This document shows positions 59,004-64,000 of a stretch of DNA of 64,000 bases, one piece after another (the first letter of the stretch is position 1; each line of letters starts with the position of its first letter). Source of the stretch: Limisphaerales bacterium (GTDB taxonomy: Bacteria; Verrucomicrobiota; Verrucomicrobiia; Limisphaerales; JAJOIW01); the NCBI GenBank assembly GCA_965657355.1, contig CBFHOE010000003.1:96001-160000 (forward strand), given 5' to 3'. A model generated the notes under the pieces. It searched no databases. It was not told where the DNA came from and saw nothing but the letters and a program-made list of their open reading frames with translations. The translations under genes were made by a program, and so were the position numbers.

Positions 59004-62000
59004 ATGAAGGATCCCATTCAATCTTTAGAGCTACCAGTAGAACTGGATAAGCAATTCAGTGGATTGCGGTTACGGCTCCTGAAAGTATTTTCATTTCAGG
59101 CGGTCATCTCAGTTTTTGGAGCGCTTGTTGTTTCGTATATTCTTCTCTGGGTATCTGATAGGTTATGGAATACACCAAAGGAATTCCGAATAGGCCTTTG
59201 GGGTGGCTTCTTTTTTCTTTCCTACACCCAGTGGGTTATTTTTCAGGATAAAGGACTTCGCCAGGGTAACGATTACATGCGGATGGCGAAAACCGTTCAA
59301 AGAAAATTCAAGATACTCGGAAGTCGATTATCCGGAATACTTGAATTATCTGATCCCGAAAAACGGCCAGCAGGGTATTCGACTGATCTCTATAAAGCTG
59401 CGATAAAACAAGTTTCAGACGAGGCGTCCGGTTATGATTTTGAAAGTGCTGTGCAAACTGGTAGTAGAATTAAATTGGCTCAGCTTTTCACAGCAGCATT
59501 AGGGCTGTTTTTGTTATTAGTCATTCTCTTTCCCAAATCCATACAACCGACTTTTCATCGGCTCCTCGTTCCCTGGTCAGATTCTGAGCGTTTCAGTATG
59601 GTCGAAGTTGACCGTTTACCCGAGAGGCTTTACGTCCCTCATGGTGAAGAATTCGAAATAACCGGAGATGTTACTTTTCATTCCTTTTGGAAGCCAAGAG
59701 TTGTTGATTTCTCAATTCGCGGGGCTTTTGAAAAATCAAATTCATTCTCGGGCAATAATTTTTCATTCTCTGTTCCCGGTTGTATTGAAAAGAGTGATTT
59801 ATTAGTCACTATAGGAGATGCATCGAAATCAATATCTGTAATCCCGGTCTACCGACCTGGCCTCGAGGATTTGGAAATATCTATTAATTACCCTGAGTAT
59901 TTGGGCTACGAACAAACTGTCAACTCTGGGACTTCAGGGTTCCTTTCCTTGCTCAGCGGCTCTGATCTTCAATTGTCAGGCAAGATTTCAAGAGAAATTA
60001 AGTCGGCCGAAATTGATTCAGGATCCGGACGCTGGACCAGCTTATCTACTTTCACAAATCAATTTGATTCACCTTCTTATACATTAAACACAAACACCGT
60101 TTTTTCTGTAAAATGGACAGATAAATATGGATTCGAAGCGACAGCTCCATGGCAGCTCAACGTTGAAATTTTTAATGACACTCCACCTACTTTGTCGATT
60201 AGAGATATAGTTCCTCAAGGAGCCTACCTCGAAACTGAGATTATTCCTGCTGTAATTAATGCAATGGATGATTTCGGAATCGCAGAAACAGGTTTGTCTT
60301 GGAGACAGATTCAAGAATCAAACTCAGACGAAAATAAAGATATCCCAAGTGGAAGCTTCTCAAGGAAAAGAGATCAGTTTAATTCCGTTGCCGTGGAAGA
60401 AAACTTTGGATTCAGTCCGAAGCTTCTAGGCTTACCTCCAGATTCTGTATTAGAGGTTCGAGGATACGCAAAGGATTACCGCCCTGGATCTGATCCCGTC
60501 TATACCGAACCCATACAGCTCCTCATTGTCAGCATTGACAGGCACGCAGAATTGCTTCGTCAGAATTTAGAAAACGTACTTACTCAAGCAGAGGATATTT
60601 TGCGGGCTGAGGAAAATATTTCTGAGCTGAACAAAATGGCACTTGAAGACCTTGCCCTAAATACCCCACTTGAAGATCTGAAAGATCAGATCGAAGCAAA
60701 TGCCGACCTTCAAAAACTCAACGCTAAAGACATGGAGAGACTAGCTGAAATGGGACAGCAACTTCTCAGAGAAGCCATGAGAAATCCGGCATTCAAACCT
60801 CAGGCAATAGAGGATTGGAATCAGACGCTACAACAAATGCAATCCATTTCCCAAAAACAGATGCCTAAAACCTCTCAACAGATGCAACAGGCATCCAGTC
60901 AGCCCAGCCAGCAAGAAGCAAAAGAGGAGTTGGATAAAGCACAAGAAATGATTGACGAAATACTCAAAGACCTTGAGGAACTCCAGGAAGACATTAACCA
61001 GGGATTGGACGACTTACAGGCAATGACACTCGCTCAGAGATTGAGGGCAATAGGTGAAAAGCAGATGGAAATTATCGATGTTCTAAAAACATCTGTGGCA
61101 CGGACTATAGGACTTAACATAGAAGAGCTTTCCTCAAAGTTCGTGAAATCGAATAAATACGCAGCTGATGACCAGACCAGCCTCTCTCAGACAACAGAGG
61201 AATTAATGCAGGAAATTGGTAGGTTTGCAGAAAGAACAAAATTAAAACCTTATGAAGTTGTCAGCAAGGCTATGAAGGAGCAGTCTCCTGCCGAGGCCCT
61301 CGATGGAATTTCAAATAGTATCAACAAAAATATTCTTGCTCAGGCCATGACGCAGCAAAGTGATTGGGCAGACAAATTCGAGGAATGGGCTGAGGTGCTC
61401 GAGCCAAAAGCAAACGATCGTGACAATAGTAGTCAGGAGGATCAAAAGCCGCCTGGAGAACAGGAGGAAAATCAAAACAAAGCTCTCATGGAAATGCTCA
61501 TTAATCTTTTGAGGATGAGAGAAAAAGAAATTGATATCCAACTACAAACTCGACTTCTCAATGACGGCGGAGTTGAGAAGAATGAAATATCCGAACCTGC
61601 TGGTCGACTTTCTTCAGAGCAATTGAAACTCATGGCAGAATTGGATGATATGTCGCAATCGAACCCAATTATCTCGCTGGCCCCAGTTATGAAAGAAGGA
61701 TCAGATTTGATGCTGCAAGTGTCAACTTTACTTGGTGAACCTCGAGTAGATTCAGCGACGGATCTAAAGCAGGCTGATACTGTGAATGCCTTGACTGACG
61801 CCATTAATATTATTAATGAAGCGGTTAACAATAAACCTAAGCCGAAATCCCAGAAGCAGCAGCAAGCCCAACAGGCTTCAGCGCAACAAATGGCCTTCTT
61901 GATGCAAATGATGTCACAGGCCCCCGTCCCTGGGCAAATGCCAGGAACTCAAGGAAACCCAAATGGTGGGGATCCACCGGCTGGCAGTCCTGACAGTGTT

Positions 62001-62135
62001 ACTGGAAATGTTGCAGGAAATGCGCCCGAAGAAAGAAAAGTTGACCGGGCCTCAGGGTCCTTATCAGAAATGCCGTCTGAATTTCGGCCTATGCTTGAGG
62101 AGTATTTTAAATTGCTTGAAAAAATCCAACAATGA
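59004..62135 (+). CDS. Large membrane-anchored coiled-coil protein (DUF4175-like)
   Basis: N-terminal TMs, Ig-like middle (YPEYLG, DTPPTL, AMDDFGI), Q/E-rich coiled coil, C-terminal PSEFRPMLEEYFK motif. Confidence 0.8.
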   Translation: MKDPIQSLELPVELDKQFSGLRLRLLKVFSFQAVISVFGALVVSYILLWVSDRLWNTPKEFRIGLWGGFFFLSYTQWVIFQDKGLRQGNDYMRMAKTVQRKFKILGSRLSGILELSDPEKRPAGYSTDLYKAAIKQVSDEASGYDFESAVQTGSRIKLAQLFTAALGLFLLLVILFPKSIQPTFHRLLVPWSDSERFSMVEVDRLPERLYVPHGEEFEITGDVTFHSFWKPRVVDFSIRGAFEKSNSFSGNNFSFSVPGCIEKSDLLVTIGDASKSISVIPVYRPGLEDLEISINYPEYLGYEQTVNSGTSGFLSLLSGSDLQLSGKISREIKSAEIDSGSGRWTSLSTFTNQFDSPSYTLNTNTVFSVKWTDKYGFEATAPWQLNVEIFNDTPPTLSIRDIVPQGAYLETEIIPAVINAMDDFGIAETGLSWRQIQESNSDENKDIPSGSFSRKRDQFNSVAVEENFGFSPKLLGLPPDSVLEVRGYAKDYRPGSDPVYTEPIQLLIVSIDRHAELLRQNLENVLTQAEDILRAEENISELNKMALEDLALNTPLEDLKDQIEANADLQKLNAKDMERLAEMGQQLLREAMRNPAFKPQAIEDWNQTLQQMQSISQKQMPKTSQQMQQASSQPSQQEAKEELDKAQEMIDEILKDLEELQEDINQGLDDLQAMTLAQRLRAIGEKQMEIIDVLKTSVARTIGLNIEELSSKFVKSNKYAADDQTSLSQTTEELMQEIGRFAERTKLKPYEVVSKAMKEQSPAEALDGISNSINKNILAQAMTQQSDWADKFEEWAEVLEPKANDRDNSSQEDQKPPGEQEENQNKALMEMLINLLRMREKEIDIQLQTRLLNDGGVEKNEISEPAGRLSSEQLKLMAELDDMSQSNPIISLAPVMKEGSDLMLQVSTLLGEPRVDSATDLKQADTVNALTDAINIINEAVNNKPKPKSQKQQQAQQASAQQMAFLMQMMSQAPVPGQMPGTQGNPNGGDPPAGSPDSVTGNVAGNAPEERKVDRASGSLSEMPSEFRPMLEEYFKLLEKIQQ

Positions 62136-63160
62136 TTCGATCACTCACCAGATATTCTCGATTACGTGAACGCTTTATTACCCTTGGAGCCTTTTTAGTA
62201 TTGGTCACTTCAAGTCCTAAACTGGTCTCACAAGAATTATTTGAAGGCCAACCTAATGGTTTGCCCACAGTCGTAGAAAGTATTTATGTAAAAGGTCTGA
62301 ATTTTTTAGTCAAAAACCAGACTGAAGATGGTAGTTGGCCAGGTATAAATTACGGTGGTAATCCTGGGGTGGTCGGGCTCGCTGTTATTGCCATGTTGGC
62401 CCACGGCGACAATCCTAATTGGGGCCCATATGCCTTAAACATACACCGTGGAATCGATTTTATTTTAGACAATGCGAATTCAAAAACCGGTTACATTGGA
62501 ACGAGTATGTATAATCACGGATTTGCAACTCTTTGCCTTGCCGAAGCCTATGGTGAGGTCGATGATCCGCGACTAGGCCCTGCTCTTAAAAAAGCTGTCG
62601 AGTGCCTCTTGGATAGTCAAAAGCAAAATCCACGTGGAGCCTGGAGGTATTCACCAAGTAGTAAAGATGCAGATACAACTGTCAGCGGTGCCCAAATGGT
62701 TGCCTTAATCGCGGCTCGAAACGCTGGGATTGCTGTGCCTGAAGAAGCCATTAAAAAAGGGTTGAGGTATTTTCGTGATTGCCAGCATGAGTCGGGGGGT
62801 ATCGGATATACATCTAGCAACTCTCCAAATGCTCCAAGGACGGCTATTGCCTGTCTCGTCTTTTCTTTGGCTAAGGAGCAAGATAGCCAGGAGTATAAAA
62901 ATGCCTGGTCTTATTTAAGTAGCCAGCCTTATGAACAAAGTTCATATAAATTCTATTTCCTATATTATGCTTCACAAGCGTATTTTAGAAATTCTCCCCA
63001 GAGCTGGGAAAGATTTAATACCCAAAATATTAATTACCTACTAGAGGCGCAAAACGACGATGGAAGTTGGAACGGCCAGTTTGGTTCCGTATTCACGACT
63101 TCGGCTAGTTTGTTGTCGTTGGCTTTGAATTACAGATATTTGCCGATATATGAAAGATAA
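62132..63160 (+). CDS. Secreted prenyltransferase/squalene-oxidase repeat (alpha/alpha toroid) protein
   Basis: QW-like repeats QTEDGSW, QNPRGAWRY, QHESGGIGY and QNDDGSW; MYNHGFATLCLAE; ends YLPIYER. Confidence 0.85.
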   Translation: MIRSLTRYSRLRERFITLGAFLVLVTSSPKLVSQELFEGQPNGLPTVVESIYVKGLNFLVKNQTEDGSWPGINYGGNPGVVGLAVIAMLAHGDNPNWGPYALNIHRGIDFILDNANSKTGYIGTSMYNHGFATLCLAEAYGEVDDPRLGPALKKAVECLLDSQKQNPRGAWRYSPSSKDADTTVSGAQMVALIAARNAGIAVPEEAIKKGLRYFRDCQHESGGIGYTSSNSPNAPRTAIACLVFSLAKEQDSQEYKNAWSYLSSQPYEQSSYKFYFLYYASQAYFRNSPQSWERFNTQNINYLLEAQNDDGSWNGQFGSVFTTSASLLSLALNYRYLPIYER

Positions 63161-64000
63161 GCTGGAGCATTACGATCACTTATTCCGGTTCCTCAAGTGC
63201 AGTATTCGCTGCATTTTAATGCAGACGTGGGTAACCACGTTTTTATTGTCAATGTTTGGAACTGGCTCTGTTTATGCTGCTGATCTCCTGCAACTTGTCG
63301 ATGGATCTTCACTTCAGGGCGAATTCGTCCAGATAAATGACGGCAACATACAAATAAAGCATCAATTCATTCAGAATGACATCAATTTTAAATCCGATCG
63401 TGTAGAATGGCTGAGATTTGGCCATATGATAGATCAGGAGCCTCAGCTCGAACCTTCTGCATATTTTAGATTCGCTAATGATGATCATGTATATGGTCAG
63501 TTGGTAAAAATGGATGAAAAAAATGTAGTTATTCGAGCGGTCACCGGAGATATTCTCACTGCGGAAAAGAAATTTTTGAAATCAGTTACTCATCTGCCTG
63601 ATGGTTATCGCCTATTATATGAAGGGCCCATGGGAAATGATTCTTGGAGGATGACAAGAAGGGCTTCAAATTTTTCATCATCCACCTTAAGCCAAAAACA
63701 GCCAGGTTGGCGTTTTAGGAACGGGATTTTTGTCGCAGAGGGGCCTGGGCTTTTGGGCAGATCCTTTCCATTAAAAGACACTGTTTATATTGAATTTGAT
63801 CTCAATTGGATTGGTTTTTTTAGCCTTTACCTAGGTTTATTCAGTGATAGTGCGGACACCTATGATTACAGGTCGCAATCCTACAGACTCACACTAAGTC
63901 CAGCATCCGCCGCGGTACAAAAAATACAACCCAACATGCGGCTTTTTGAATTCGGAAGAATTCGATTTCCAGATATGCAGGAATCCAGCATGGTCAGCTT
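63150..64000 (+). CDS. Secreted hypothetical protein, partial (runs off the window)
   Basis: Manual translation from ATG 63150 (overlapping the upstream stop): ...SVYAADLLQLVDGSSLQGEFVQINDG...FRFANDDHVYGQLVKMDE...; repeated small beta-domain pattern; absent from the ORF track, consistent with having no stop in the window. Confidence 0.75.
   Translation, partial: MKDKLEHYDHLFRFLKCSIRCILMQTWVTTFLLSMFGTGSVYAADLLQLVDGSSLQGEFVQINDGNIQIKHQFIQNDINFKSDRVEWLRFGHMIDQEPQLEPSAYFRFANDDHVYGQLVKMDEKNVVIRAVTGDILTAEKKFLKSVTHLPDGYRLLYEGPMGNDSWRMTRRASNFSSSTLSQKQPGWRFRNGIFVAEGPGLLGRSFPLKDTVYIEFDLNWIGFFSLYLGLFSDSADTYDYRSQSYRLTLSPASAAVQKIQPNMRLFEFGRIRFPDMQESSMVS

Overview
Gene-dense, moderately AT-rich bacterial chromosomal window. 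Gene content suggests a free-living Verrucomicrobiota/PVC-superphylum organism (inference): RpoD with a long Lys/Ala-rich N-terminus, a MoxR-DUF58-VWA-prenyltransferase-repeat cluster, a DUF1080 protein, a sulfatase, and secreted proteins ending in DxDxDG plus a 'YxV' tail. I found no rRNA, tRNA, CRISPR array or mobile element. Housekeeping genes include rpoD, hisS, miaA, lspA, gcvT, gcvH, amtB-glnK, xylB, pdxA, polX, ogt and HU. Main highlights: (1) A compact minus-strand operon of unknown function (27338-23513, possibly extending to 22044) encoding an asparagine-synthetase-like amide ligase with no glutaminase nucleophile, a radical SAM enzyme resembling the archaeosine enzyme RaSEA, and a PrnC-like flavin halogenase. 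(2) An ArsC-family gene missed in full by the ORF track, with an in-frame TGA at the catalytic Cys position followed by a SECIS-like hairpin, i.e. a probable selenoprotein. (3) A 2589-aa kexin-like protease with about 19 Ig/cadherin-like repeats, one of them recently duplicated. (4) A secreted matrixin coupled to a small partner protein. (5) A DUF1080-RraA fusion. (6) A frameshifted beta-barrel gene in an exopolysaccharide export locus. All calls come from manual motif reading; no database search or folding program was run.
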